Below, one piece after another: positions 43,809 to 58,133 of a stretch of 64,000 bases of DNA (positions within the stretch are counted from its first letter, which is position 1; every line of letters begins with the position of its first letter). The stretch lies in NCBI GenBank assembly GCA_033442325.1, contig JAWQFM010000023.1:876410-940409 (forward strand), written 5' to 3'. The translations under genes were made by a program, and so were the position numbers. The notes under the pieces are model-generated. The model did no database searches and was not told the DNA's origin. It worked only from the letters and a program-made list of their open reading frames with translations. This stretch comes from Salpingoeca rosetta. Its lineage: Eukaryota > Protista > Choanoflagellata.

Positions 43809-44130
43809 ACAACACCACGACGAACAGAAATATGACCCGCAGCTGTTCTTGGAAAATGCACGGAACTTCCAGCTGACCAAAGTGCCTTGCGCCAAGGACA
43901 GCCTGTTCCAAGGCGCCCTCGGCGGAGCAACAGTTGGCGTCGTCAGATTCATCCGCACAAGTGCGTGTGTTGGGTGGTGGAACTGCAGTGTGTTCATCTG
44001 CATGCGTACAGCTGTGCACGTGTCTATTGCTTTGCCCTTCCCCCCCACACACACATACACACAGAGAGACACACGCACACAGACACAGACACAGACACAG
44101 ACACACACAGAGAGACACACGCACACAGAC

Positions 44131-44177
<47 letters not shown>

Positions 44178-44608
44178 GACACACACACAGACATACACAC
44201 ACACGCCTCCATCCCTGCACAAGTTCACAATCACCATGCTGTGCACGTTTTCACTGAAACAGAATACATTGGCTCTGCTGTGAGCTGGTCTATTGGTGGC
44301 TTTGTAGCATCATCCCTCATCAGCCTGTGAGTGTCTTCATCATGTGAATTGTCTGGTCTTCAACACAATCACACCATTGCCCGCACGTGGTTCACATCAC
44401 CGTTGAGCCATGCTTTCCTGCCCACCTCACCCCACAGACCACCTCACCTCGCCCAACCACTTACTTCTGCAGAGAGATTTGCCGTCGGACACGGGAGAAC
44501 CACGAAGCCAAGCTCCGGGAAGCAAAACAGGCCATGCAGCAGTTTCGCGAAACACAATCTGGGAAACAGCTCCCATACTCACAGGACCGCGGCATCTCTC
44601 ACGAGTAG
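43624..44608 (+). CDS. COX20: Cytochrome c oxidase assembly factor COX20
   Basis: Four exons giving [49 protein letters not shown]; two TMs flanked by the PC and CR motifs. Confidence 0.82.
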
Positions 44609-44990
44609 CCTCCGCGCAAGCAAGCAAGGCCCAGGAAAGGGGAAGGTGGGGCGCTTGGGGAAGCAGCTGGCGGTGTGTAACTGAGCGTGTGTCAGTCAAT
44701 AAGTCAAGGGGACAGCTCTGGTGATTGTGGGAGTGGGACTTGGCCGCGAGGCGAGCTGTTGTGCTGTGGTGCGAGGCGAGTTCTGTTGCGCCTTTTTGTT
44801 GTTGTGTATTCGCAGCCTATTCTTTCACCACTTTTCGTCTCTCGACTGTTAGTTATCATGCACATAAATTTCTAATTTCAAGCACCGCGAAAATTCAAAC
44901 GCCATCAACCAAGCACACCACTTCCCACCCACAACACAAACCACAACAGAGCAGACCACAACACCAACAGACAACCAGACGCAGCCGACC

Positions 44991-47591
44991 ATGTTTCAGA
45001 GCAAGCAAGGCTTGCTCGACTTTGCCGAGATTGGCATGGGCATCCTCAAGGATGCAAAGTCCCTCAAGCACATCAAGACTGTGAAGAAGTTCGTCCAGGA
45101 GCGTGAGTCGTGTTGTCCACATGCTGCTGTTGCTGCGGATCCAGCACTTTGTTGCGTCTATTGTTTCATCAGTCAACACGCTCATGTCCACACACAGGTG
45201 CAGAACACACACACACACACACACACACATACACACACAGACACACACAGACACACACATACACACACAGACACACACAGACACACGTGCGCGCGCACAC
45301 ACACACACACACACAGAGACACACACACAGACATACACACGATCAAAATCAAATCGCTCACCCACATGCATTCACGCCCACACAATTACAACCACAACCA
45401 CAACCCCGCAACGCACATACAGATGCGGACGAGTGGACAGAGGCACAGGTGGTGAGGCCACGCCTTGCAGATTTCAGTGTCAAGGCGGAACTGGACAAAG
45501 GCCACTTTGGAAAGGTGTGCCTGGTCAAGAACAAGGCAGACGGCGCCATCTTTGCAATGAAAACCATGTGCAAAGACGTCAACCTCAAGGACAAGGTGTG
45601 TAATTGTGTGTAATTGTGTGTGTATGTGTGTGTCTGTCTGTGTCTGTCTGTGTGGGCATGTGTGTGTGTGTGTCTGTCTGTGTTTGTGTGTGTGTTTGTG
45701 TGTGCGTGTGTGTGTGAAGTTGTGGGGAAAGCATTGAGCATGCGCAGTCGATGCAGGTCGTCAACGCGCAAGTTGCAAAGGCAGAAGTCATACATGCTTC
45801 TGTCTTGCTTTCGTGCATCTCATTGCTTTTTCTTGTGTATGCATCTGACCGACAGGCCCGCTTCCGTGAGGAGCGAGAGTTGATGGCTACCACCACCAGC
45901 CCTTGGCTCACACGTGAGTAAAAGTTGTGCTTGCAGCTGTAGTAGTAGTTGTTGTTGTTGTGGTCGTCGCAGTGGTCGTCGCAGTGGTCGTTGTTGTTGT
46001 TGTTACAGCACACGCAACTGCTAGAAGCTCGTGTGTCGCCCGCGCTTGCTGATTTTGCAATCTTCTGTGCGCCGCTTCCATTATTCCAACCAACACACCA
46101 CGTCTCTCTCTCTCTCTCTACAACGTACCACCACGCCATCAGAGCTGCACTATGCCTTCCACGACGACACCAACCTGTACCTGGTGATGGACTACCACCC
46201 TGGCGGGAACTTGTGGACTCTGCTCGGCCGCCCAGAGATATTTGGCCTTGGCGAAGAAGATTGCCGCTTCCCGGTTCGTTCCACGTGTTCATTGTTGCAC
46301 TTGCACGTGGTGTTTGAAAATGCTGGTGTCGACGAAATCGTCTTGAGTGTGTTTTGGGCTGGGTTTCGTTGGGCATGCTTGGTTGATTCAGTTTGGAGAT
46401 CGAGTTGCCTGTTGCCACGCTTGGGCTTTGAGCTGCTGCTGTCCTCCATGCGTGTCAGTGTGTGCATGTGTTTGTCTTTGTCAACACGCTCATCTCTCGC
46501 TGCTGCTCATGCATTTTCCTCCTGCCACACAACCCATATTCACATGTTTGCACAGGAGCGAGCAGCCATGTTCTATGCCACCGAGATTGCCCTCGCCATC
46601 CAGGCTGTCCACGACATGGGATTCGTCCACAGGTGTGTACGTGTGTACTTGCATGTGCGTATGTGTGTGCATGTGTGTGCGTGTGTGCGTGCCTGTGTGT
46701 GTGCGCGTGTGTGCGTGTGTGTGCGCGTGTGTATGCGGTCTTTCCTCAAGCAATAGGCCTGAACGGGTTGATGTCATGCTTGCACCGTGGCTATCAGCGG
46801 AAGAAGTCCTTCCAACTGACTTTATCTGATTGTCAACTCTGTCACTGTACTTCTTCTATGCGTTGGTGCATGCACTCATTGCCCTCACTGCACCACACGG
46901 CTTGTTCATGCAGAGATATCAAGACTGACAACATTGTCATCAACGCAGCCGGCCACGTGCGCTTGGTGGATTTTGGTTCCAGTGCAAAGATGGACCCCGC
47001 TGGTAAAGTGTACGGCCGGGCTGTTGGCACGCCCCAGTACATTGCTCCCGAGCTCCTGGTTCGTGTTGCGAATTGTGGCATGTGGTGACGCGTGTTTGTT
47101 TTGTGCTACAGCGAGTGGAGGGCTGGATATGTGTGTGTGTGTGTGTACACGCATGTGTACGTGTGTGTACACCTGTGTGCATGTGTGTGTACACACCTGT
47201 GTGCACGCATGTGTGCACGCATGTGTTTGCGTATTTCGTGTGTGCGTGTGTGTGTTGCTGTCTTGTATGCTTCGTGTCCCTCTCAACTCCTGTTCTCGCA
47301 TCCTCCAGCATGCGTGCAATACTGCATCACCCTCATTTCCCGATAATAATCTCACGTCTTCCCATCCTTCACTTCTCCCATTTCCACACTTTCCCCAGGA
47401 GGGCTTGAGCGTGCACGGCAAGGAAGTTGACTGGTGGTCGTTTGGCGTTGTTGTGTATGAGATGCTCACAGGCCGCGTTCCCTTTGATGGCGATTCCGAG
47501 ATTGAGATTTACGGCGCCATCAGCCAGTTTGAGGTGCGCACGTTGCATGGGTTTCGTGCGTGAATGCGTGAAAGGGTGCGAGAGTGCGCCC

Positions 47592-47662
<71 letters not shown>

Positions 47663-50600
47663 TGTGTGTGTGTGTGTGTGTATGTGTGTGTGTGTGTGCG
47701 TGTGTGTGCGTGTGTGTGTTTGTATGGGCATGTGTGTCAGCGTTTCAGTAACCACACGCCATATCCTCACATGCGATTGATCATGCACTCTTGCATGACC
47801 ACCCCCTCCTTTCATTCTCGTCATCATCGCCCCCACCGCCACCACCATCGCCACTACTGCTTCCGCAGGAGCTGGTGCCATCGCTGGAGTACCCCGCGTG
47901 CGTGTCCAAGCCCGCTCGCGCGCTCGTTGCTGGTCTTCTCCGCAAGTGCAGTTCCCGCCTAGACGCACGTGCCATTCTCTCGCACGAGGCCATGCGTGTT
48001 TGGACAGAAGCAAAGGACAAGGACGGCTGCCCAGCCAACATGGAGGGGCAGGAGCCGCCATATGTACCTGTGCTGGCGCATGCCGAAGACACGTCCCACT
48101 TCCCACAGGACGACGGCGACAAGACGCCGTTTGCTGAGCGGCAGCGCATCTCGCTCGCCACCAATACCATGGCCGCCATTGAGCACGGCTTTGATGTCTC
48201 CAAGCTCGACTACGCTGGCTTTACGTTTGTGCGAGAGAGTGAGGCTGAGGAACAGGACGCCAGCGCCGACGACGAAGAAAGAGAGAAGACAGCTAGCAAG
48301 GACACTGCTGCTGCCACCACGGGCTCGGCCGTTGCTGCCAACAGCAAGCCCCAGCTTCGACAACAACAAGAGCAGGAGAACATGTCACCTTTGGGACAGC
48401 GCAACGTGCGTGCAAGCATGCGCGCCCGCCAGGACCACAAGGTGACGGCTCTGAAGCGCGAGAACAAGTGCCTGAACGACGAAGTGCAGCAGCTCAAGCG
48501 GCAGGCAAGCATTGCCCAGCGCGAGCTTCGCCACCTGAAGCAGAAGGTGCGGCGGTCCACGGACTCGGCTGCTGTCTCCGTGAACCAACTGGAGGCAACG
48601 CAGGAGAAGGAGCAGCGGCTGCAGCGGCGCGTGCAGCAGCTTGAAGCGGATTTGGAGCGCGCGCGTGCCGTATCTAAACAGGCGCAGGCCGATGCCAAGC
48701 GTATTGCTGCGCTTGAGGAAGCCGAGGCGATGGCAAAGAAACAGCTTGCGCGCACGCAAGCCGACAACGCCAGTCTTGAGGAGCAAGTGCAGGCGCTCAT
48801 GCGTGAGACAGATACGCTTCGCCTTGAGTTGGCTGCGGCATCCAAGGAGAAGAAGGACATGCGGCGGGCTGCGACTGTGACATCCGTGTCCACGTCTGCT
48901 GAGGTTGATGCTGCACGCAGCCAAGTCCGTAAGCACAAGGCCACCATTGATGAGCTGCAGCAGCAACTCCTCGACCGCACACAGGAGGTGAGCAGTTGGG
49001 TGTGTGTGCGTGTGTGTGTGAGCGTGTGTGAGCGTGTGTGTGTGAGCGTGTGGGTGTGCATTTGATTGCTTCTGTACACTTGGGCGTGAGTGTGCATGTG
49101 CCTTTGTGGGTGTGCATGAGATATTGTATGTTGTGTGTCTGTGTTTGTTTGAATATTTGTACGTATTTGATGAACATGTTGTTGAATTTGTTCGAGCCGA
49201 ATCCACGACGCATTTGAGAACCTGAATTGATATGTGCCTGCGACGACTCTTCTGTTGTCCATGGAACAGGTGCAAGCACTTGGCTGTTTGCTGAAGACCA
49301 CGACTGAGGAGCGCGATTCGCTCAACAAGGAGAAAGCTGAGCATCAGAGCACGGTTCGTTTGTTGTGTTGGTCTGCATCTCGTTCCGATTGCCATGAACT
49401 GTCCAAAAATCTGCGTTCTCCACATGCAGACACACGCACACACACACACAGGCACAAGCACATAGACAAAAGCCTACACACCCAGAAACACACACACACA
49501 CACACACACTTACTCACGGAACTGTTTTGCTGTGTCGTCTCTCACTCCCACCCTTCCTCAAATCACCCACACAACGACAACAACACCGCCACCACCCTCA
49601 CAACAGATTGCCGACCTTGAGGAGAGGTTGCGCAAGCTGAACGTGTCGACATGCAACATGATGGAAGGGTTCTACACGGACCTGCAGGAGGCGACTGAAA
49701 TGGCGTCCAAGTACGAGTCGCAGTGGGTGGAGGCGGAGAGCGCAGCCAAGCGCGCCCGCGAAGCACGTGCGGCACTGGAGGAAGAGCTGCAGATGCGCGA
49801 TCAGCAGCTGCACAAGCAGACGGCCCAGCTTAACGACGCCTTTCGCCAGCTTGACAAGGAGCGGCAGCACTTTACAGAGAAGGTTCGCTTGCTGGAGGAA
49901 GAGGTGAATGGCATGGCAACCGACAACCTGCGGTTGGAGGCAGTTAAGGCGCAGCACGGCAAGCTGCTCGACACCATTCTCACCAACGCCGCCTCTGGCA
50001 ACCACCAGCACGCGCACATGCGACCAAAGCTGAAGCTGCGCCTGTTCCGCGGCAAGCAGCGCCACAAGTTTGCTGCCCGGCCCATCCCGGCCCTGCCCAA
50101 GCTGCTTCAGGAGCACCTGCAGCAACAGCAACAGCAGCAGAGCCCGAAGGGTGACGCAACAGCCACCGTCACCGCCGCCACCGCCATCGATCATGATGAC
50201 GATGGCGATGATGTGCCCGGGGAATCTTGCCGCTACTGCACGGCCATGAAGAGCGAGCTTCGTCTGGCCAAGCGTCGCTTGCATGACACGGTGCTGCAGC
50301 TGCAGCGCATGCAAGCCGAGCTGGATGAAGGGCACAGACCTGCAGCCCTGTCAGCAGGCTCTTTCACGCAGTCGCCCACCTCTGCATCTGCCAACGCCAG
50401 CGCCGTGTCGAGCGGCATCGTGCCCCTCACGCGCATGATGTCTCGTATGAGCGCCCTGCGCAACAAGCAGCTGTACAAGTCGCAGATGAAGCCAGCTGCC
50501 TCTGCTGCTGTTGTCGTTGCACCCGCGAAAGAAAAGAAGGAGTGCGCCAGCGCTACTACCGCCATCCCTGGTGACGATTGCAGCAAGGCGGATAAGGGCG

Positions 50601-53086
50601 ACAGCGCCCCCTCCACTCCGTGCCTGCAGGCAATGCATCGCGCCCAAACGCCAGATGTGGACAACCGCAGTGGGTGCGAAGTGGGCGTCACGGATCTGGA
50701 CATGACCGGTCCGCTTGCTGTGACGTCATCGCAGGTGGTGACGCCACAGATGCCACGCTCACGCTACGAGCGCTTTGCCAACGTGCGCGAAGCCCTCGAG
50801 CAACAAGAGCAGCAGCCGCACGAGGATGGGTCCCAGTCGCCCGAGTATGCCATGGGCAAGCGTTCTTGTGACGCGGTTTGCTCACACAACAACACCGGCA
50901 TCAACATCAACATCACCTCCGCCAGCACTGGCGCTGCGCCCTCGCTGCGTCGCCGCCGCGCTCTTGGCGCGCTTGACGGCAACGTGCTTGCGTCCAACGG
51001 CGGCACGCCTCTGAAGAACAAGGTGCACACAGCTGGGTTCGGCAACGCCAGCAGGCAGCAGAACCTCGACTCATCGCTGCTGACCTCCATTGTTGGCGGG
51101 GATGACAGCGTTGGTGTTGCTGGTGCCGTCACTGGCGATGAGAACACCAAGCCATCTGCCCGCCCCGTGCGCGTGCTGCTGCTGAGTGAGGGCTCACAGC
51201 AGTGGGCGCACGCCGTGTTGGAGCTGCGCGAGAGCATGTTGTCGCTCCGTGCCGTTTCCGACGACAGTCAGGGGCACGAGGATGGCGAGGTGCTGACTTT
51301 CTTCGATCTTCGCCGCTGCCCATCGGCGTTTGTTGTCAGCACGCACCTGTCCAGCGAGCTGTCTGTGCTTGAGGCCGGCGGCGAGATTGCGCAGGATTCT
51401 GTCGTGTATGTGTCGCACCACCCGCCTTGCTGGGTGGGGCAGGAGGTGCTGATTGAGACGGACAGCACCGCCTCTGCCCAGCGGCTTGCGCGCACCCTCA
51501 AGGCCACAGTGCAGCGCTATGCTGCTCGCGTCACGACAGACGACGCAAAGTGGCAGCCGCATCGTGTGTGCGCGCTCAATGCCCCACCGCTTGTGCTGCA
51601 GGCTGCACGCGAACGCAGGGGCTCTGCCAGCAGCGACGACGACGGCGCTCAACAACAGCAGCAGCAGCTGCTGTTGTGTGATGGTGTCGTTGCTGGGCCC
51701 GGCCTGACCGTCCTCAAGATGGTGACGCTCCTCGACGGCTCGCAGCTGCTCGTGAGTGAGGAGGGCCTGTATTGGACGCAGACAAGCGGCGTGGGCGCAG
51801 AGGAGCAGCTTCAGGTTGTGTTTGATGCGCCCGCATTTGTGTGCAAGGACACCATCCATGATGCCGAGTGCGTGCGGGAGCTGGGTGTGCTGGTGCTGGT
51901 GGTGGGCGAGCAACGGCGCATGTGCGTGCTGAAGCTGTCTGCACTGCACCGCAGCTCCTCTGGCATTGCCGTTGCTGACAACAGCGAGAGTGTGCGGTCC
52001 CACGGTGTGCGGACGCAGGCCAGCACGACGTCGTCTGCAACCACCGTCTCTGCCAGGTCGGGCGCCACAGCTCGTGCTGAGCGGCAGCGCAAGACCAGTG
52101 AGGCGAGCCAGGGCAGCCAAGGCAGCAGCAGCAGCAGCAGCAGCAGCGGCAGTGGTGAGGAGGATGTGTCTTTGGAAGCAGCGCGCGAGCGCGGGCAGAA
52201 GAAGCTGAAGGAGATTGAGCAGAGCCACAACACGCTTGCGTTCGCCGTGGGCACGGTTGTCGCTGGACGCACGTTCCTGTTCTCCGCACACACGGACTGC
52301 ATGGCGCTGTTTGAGTGGCGGGCCCGTGAGCGCGCGTTTGTGCTTTCTAAGCAGGCGCACGGCCCACGCTACACCGACCCGACGACGTGCCTCAAGTACG
52401 TGGCGTCGCTGCGTCGCTTTGTGTGGGGGTCGTCACGCTTCTCCATGCTGGAACCGCTTGAGCTGGACATTGAAGATCTGCTTGACGTCGATGACAGCAA
52501 CCTTGCCATGCACCTGAGCAACGAGGAGCGCGGGAACGTGTTTCCGATTGACGTGTTTGAGCTTGGGCACGACAAGCTGCTGCTGTGCTTCAGCCGCTAC
52601 GGCCTCGTGGTGAACCTCGAGGGTCGCGTTGTGTCGACCGAGCCGAGTCTTGAGTGGCACGTGAACGTGCCGCAGGCATTTGCCCTGGTTGGCGAGCAGC
52701 AGCTTTGTGTTGTCGGTCGTCAGAGTGTCGAGCTTCAAGACCTTGGCAACCGCCGTAGCCGCGTCGTGTCGCTGGCGAACTGCGGTGTGCTTGGCACGGC
52801 GAGCGCACATGCCTACCTGGTGCAGAGCAAGGAGACGCACACGTATCTGCTGAAGCTTGAGAAGCCAAGCGCGACCATCCGCGCGTCGTTTGTGTCGGCA
52901 TTCTCCAGCCTCATCAATGCAGACCCGCGCGAAGTGTTGAGCAAGCACGTGCTCGGGCAGAGCCATCTTGGCCCCGCAACACGCGGCGTGTCCCCTGCCA
53001 AGGAGCTGACAACCAGTGCGTTCTCTGAGCGCTTCCGCAACGAAATTGCCGCGCTTGATGACGTTCTTGGAGCGTTTGATCTTTGA
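44991..53086 (+). CDS. CIT: Citron-like AGC kinase (kinase, coiled coil, PH-like, CNH)
   Basis: [56 protein letters not shown] closely follows Citron. AGC tail (PPYVP, YAGFTF), long coiled coil and C-terminal CNH-like region ([24 protein letters not shown]). Confidence 0.8.
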
Positions 53087-53731
53087 ATTGTGCTGCGTGT
53101 GTGTGTTGTGTGTGTGTGTGTTTTTTGTGTGTGTTGTGTGTGTGTGTGTGCGCACGCATGTGTGAAGCTGTTGGCTGCGCAACGCAGCATTGCATTACAC
53201 ACCAACGCACCCATACGCATACGCTTGCACACAGGGAGTGGTGTTGTTGTGCGGTTTTATGTCATTATCAGAAAGCCTGAACGGCTTATGTTGGCTCGCT
53301 TTTCCAGCTTCTTCTGCAGTTGCTTTCTGGTGTTTGCTTTGCTTTCTTCCTTTGTCTTATGTGTGTGTGTGTGAGTGTACGAGCCTGTTGTCTCGTGCCA
53401 ACATGTTGTTGTTGGGCGAGCTATTATATCGTGTGGGCTGATACACAGATGGAAGCAGCAGCAGCAATGTAACAATGTAGCACAAGCAGATGCAGCCGCA
53501 GGGGCAGAGGGAGGCAAGTTGTAACGAAACAGAAGCGTAACAATGAAAGAGTGAGAGTGATGTGATGTGACATGAAATGACACAATTTAAAAGATGCAAC
53601 GGAAGAAGTAGCATGACAAATATGTCGCATGAGGCGGGTGACCAGGAACAAAAACAACCGGTGCAAGCACCAGCCGCAGTGACATGTAGCAACAGTAGCA
53701 ACAGCAGCAGTACAACATCAGCGCCACTCCC

Positions 53732-54114
53732 TCATGCGGTGCTCATAAGCGTTGTGACAGCATTGCCAATGACAATGGTGGCGGGCGCAGAGATGTTGTT
53801 GGCCTTTGCCAGGCAAGGCAGCAGCTCCAAGGTGGTGCTGAGCTGGCACTGCGTTCGCATGCTTGCCTCCTGCACGATGCACGCTGGTGTTGATGGCGGG
53901 AACTTGTGGAAAGCAATGAGGCGCTTCGTCAGCTGCTCCACGCGGCGCACGCCCATGAGAAACACAAACGTGCAGGCTGGATCAAACATCGGGTAGCGGG
54001 GATCTGCAGGTTGAAGGTGACGGAGCAAGCGAGTGCGTAACACGCGTGAGTGGGTGTGAGAGTAGGCAGCACAGAAGGCAGACAGGCGGAGAGACAGACA
54101 GACAGACAAACGGG

Positions 54115-54160
<46 letters not shown>

Positions 54161-55468
54161 CACACACGCACACACGCACACAGACACACACGCACACACA
54201 TACAGACACACACGCACACGCACACACACAGACACACAGACACACACACGCACAGACACACAGACACACACACCTGAGTCCTGTTGGCCGTGTGCGGTGC
54301 AGACGAGGAAACGATCAGCAACGCCACGCGTGGTGAGTGGCACGCCCGACAGCAACGGCGCAGCCGTGCAGCTGGAGATGCCGGGGATCACAATGGGTTC
54401 ATAACCGTGCTGGCGGAAGCGCAGCACCTCCTCTGCGCCGCGCCCAAACACAAACGGATCACCGCCCTTCAGCCGAACAACGCGCTTGCCTTGCGCCAGC
54501 GCACGGAGGCAGGCAGCATAGATGGCTTCCTGGCCGGCGTCGGCGGTGCCGTGTCGCTTGGTGGTGACCACCACCTGCCCACGTGCAAGCCTGCGGATGG
54601 CGTCTGGCACCAGGCGGTCGCATACCACGACGTCCGCCTCCTTGATGGCACGCATGGCCGCAATCGTGAGCAGATTCACGCTGCCGGGACCAGCACCGAC
54701 CAGCATGATGCTGCCACGGGCAGTGTGCGGCTGGCTTGGCGCTTGAAGCAGCTCTGGCCGTGTTGCCGCAGCAACCAAGCCTGCGGTGGTGGTTGCCGTT
54801 GGTGGTTGTTGGCCTGACCTGATGTTGTTGCTGTTGGCGTTGTTGTTGTTGTTGTTGTTGTTGTTGGTGGTGGTGATGCCCGCTGCTTCCTGCTCTCGTC
54901 GCTCCTTGCGTCGCCGATATGCGTCCCGCATGCTCTTGTACCAGTCGGGGAGCACCACGGAGAGGATGGCGATGAAGGCGCAGGTGGCCGCGCCAAGAGC
55001 AAAGGCGATCGTCAGCGCCGGGGTGTTGCAGCCGAGCCAGCCCATGGTTGCCTGTGCTGTTGCCGATGCGGTGTGAGAGTCTGTGGCAGTCGGTGATGCA
55101 GGGAGTGATGCTGAAAACGACGTTGCTGCTGATGAGAGGGGCGGTGGTGGCGAGGAAACGAAAGGTGGCGGCTTTGTTTCGGAGAACACGAGGTTGAAGA
55201 GCGCGTCGAGGATCAGGGATGGCACGGAGCTCCAGGGTGATGGCTGGGGACGGAAGGGATCAGCTGTATTTGACAAATGCAAGCCATGTTGAGACGCATT
55301 GTTGTAGTTGTAGCTGTGGTGGTTGGTGTGGCTATTCTGGAAGCACACCAAGGGGTGGTGGTGGTGGCCGAGGTCGTGTGTTTCGTTCCACGCGGCTGGT
55401 GCTGCTTGCAGTGGAGGTGGTGCGAATCTATTGTTGTTTGTGTTGCCAGCCAGCTGGCACCCCACCAT
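53732..55468 (-). CDS. Uroporphyrinogen-III C-methyltransferase (SUMT/CobA/Met1-type) with N-terminal TM extension
   Basis: IMLVGAGPGSVNLLTIAA..ADVVVCDRLV..VVRLKGGDPFVFGRGAEE..VIPGISS..PLTTRG..FLMG. One in-frame intron at ~54006-54272. Start at 55468 or 55045. Confidence 0.9.
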
Positions 55469-55598
55469 GATGGTGCGTTATTTTTTGCGACGGGCGAAGA
55501 AGACAGAGATGAGGGGGGGGGGGAGCGTGTGTTGTGGGAACGAAACACACACCAGCACCACACACACACACACACACACACACGTGCAGGGTGTAACG

Positions 55599-55698
55599 NN
55601 NNNNNNNNNNNNNNNNNNNNNNNNNNNNNNNNNNNNNNNNNNNNNNNNNNNNNNNNNNNNNNNNNNNNNNNNNNNNNNNNNNNNNNNNNNNNNNNNNN
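55599..55698. other. Assembly gap (100 N), probably containing the MKS1 3' end
   Basis: N run; the MKS1 model has no stop before it. Confidence 0.9.
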
Positions 55699-55892
55699 GA
55701 TATCGATGGAGTATCGAAGAAACTGGAAGTGGCAAACGTGTGGGGTTATGCCGAACTGTCCAAGCACAAAACTTCCATTACCCGGCGGAGGAACCCCTCA
55801 TGCCATCGGCCAGCAATCTGAAATGATCAGCGCCACATCCCAGACGAAGGCAATGTAATTTTGGCGTTCAAGTCCTACCGGTTGTCCCCCCG

Positions 55893-55943
<51 letters not shown>

Positions 55944-55970
55944 CACACGCACGCACAACCACATAAAGAC

Positions 55971-56493
55971 CTTGTCTTTGGTGTGTGTGGCTGGTTGGCC
56001 GCCGATGAACGTGTCGTCCTCCAATTCAATGCCACCGCCAAGAAAGAAACAACTGTGTGCCGTCAACATGTGTGGCCGCAACAGTAAGGCAATGATCAAT
56101 CGAATAACGGCAAATGAACCAAGGGTCACAACGCAACCAGGCATGCAACAGCAATTGGCGGCGACAGTAGCACGTGGAACGTACTCGCGCTCCTGCTGCA
56201 AGGTGCCCTTTGGCCTCCACGTTGGAAGTGCATACTCGCGCATGCCACAGATGGCTGGCAGCGCCAGACTCGCATATCCCTTGATATTCCCGCGGGCGGG
56301 GGTTTGGCGCATTGAGAGGAAGACGTCAGGGTGTTAGAGAAGGGGAGGGGAAAAAGGAGAACAGGACACGGAGGAGAGGGACGAAGTGAAGTCAGGAAGT
56401 GAGGAAGTGAGGAAGTGAGGAAGTGAAGGAAAAAGCACAAACACACACACACTCTCTCAAACACTCAAACACACACACACACACTCAAACACT

Positions 56494-56578
<85 letters not shown>

Positions 56579-58065
56579 CGACTCGTCTGCAGTTGAATGT
56601 GTCAAAGGAGTTGACTTGAAAGTACAGATTGCCAAGCGAGGACGGGGTGGCATCATTGGGAATATCCTTCTCCAGCTCAAGACACAACCCATAGTGTGCA
56701 ACACCTGGCAGTCGAAATGATAGCGCGCGTGCGTGTCAAAGTGTGTGCAGGTGTGTGCAGTTGTGCGTGCAGGTGAGAGTGAAAAGGACTGTGCATGCAA
56801 GGGGGTATTGTCAAAAAAAAAAAAAGAAAAAAAAAAAAGAAGAAAGCAAGCGGAGGACGGCACAGTGGGCATCTTGATTGTCGTACCGTCGCGTGTCGTG
56901 CAGCGCTGAGTGCGATATGTTCTGCAAAAACACGGAAAACGTGAAATGAGAATCGGCAAAACTAAGCAGGAGCGGCGTTATCGAAGTACGTTCCAACATG
57001 TACACAAAACGCACGCAGAACAAACGCACACATGTTCGCCTGCACAGTGCAAGCGCTTCCCAATCCTCCTCCTCCTCCTCCTCCTCGTTGCGGGTTGACA
57101 ATGACGTACAGTTCATCTGGATCGGTGCTGCTCTCGTTGGTGTTGGTCGTCTCCATATCCGCTGCTGTCAGCACACAGAAGCACCCGCCCCCAAACCCGC
57201 GCGTCGCACGCACCTCCACCCCAACGTGGTACCGCTGTGCGTATGTGTCAGTGGATGTGAGCGAGTGAGTGAGTGAGCGAGTGAAAGTGGGTGAGCGAGT
57301 GAAAGTGAGTGAGTGAGTGAGTGAGGTTAGAAATGTGGAGCTGTTGGTTGCACAGCATTGCATGATGGGCAGCACAGCACAGCAGCACAGCAGCACAGAA
57401 GCAGTAGCACAGCAGTAGCAGAAGCAGTAGCACAGCACGCCTTGCAGTGCACCCCTAGGTCGCTTACAGTCGTGTGTGGCGGCGGCTTTTCAAACACATA
57501 TCCAATCTGCGTGCGCAGACTCTGAGCAGCGTGCTGCCTCCACTCTGAGACGGCCGAGTACAGGGAGTGTGTGCGAGAGAGGGAATGGGTGGTGGCGGAG
57601 GTGGTGCTCAAGTCCACGGGCCAAGAACAAGAACACAGACAGACAGGCGGGCGGAAAAGCGGACACACACAAACGCACACACCGTTACAGATACACGGAC
57701 GGACAGACGAACGAACGAGCAAACAAACAAACAAAAAACAAACAAACAAACAAACAAACAAACAAACAAACAAACAAACAAACAAAGCAACACACAGCTG
57801 TTTGTCTCACCGCGGGCAAACGCGCGCTCCTGAACCTGCTCCTCAAATGACATCTCCTCGGACACGTGGTGGAGGGTGAAGTGGTAAAGCAGGCCACCCG
57901 GTGTGCGTACGCGGTGGGGCGAAGGCAGCAGTTCGCTCGTAAAGTCCGGCGCAACAGACAGTCGCCCGTGCTCCTCAAACTGGCGGTGGTGGTGTGTAGA
58001 TGTGAGTGAGTGAGAGGGAGTGCGTGTATGTTTGAATGCACGAACGCGAGCGTGAGAGAGAGTGC

Positions 58066-58133
<68 letters not shown>

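Noticed and set aside
55213-56340. MKS1-SUMT fusion gene
   Set aside because: Same strand but separated by an N-gap; no in-frame splice path is visible.
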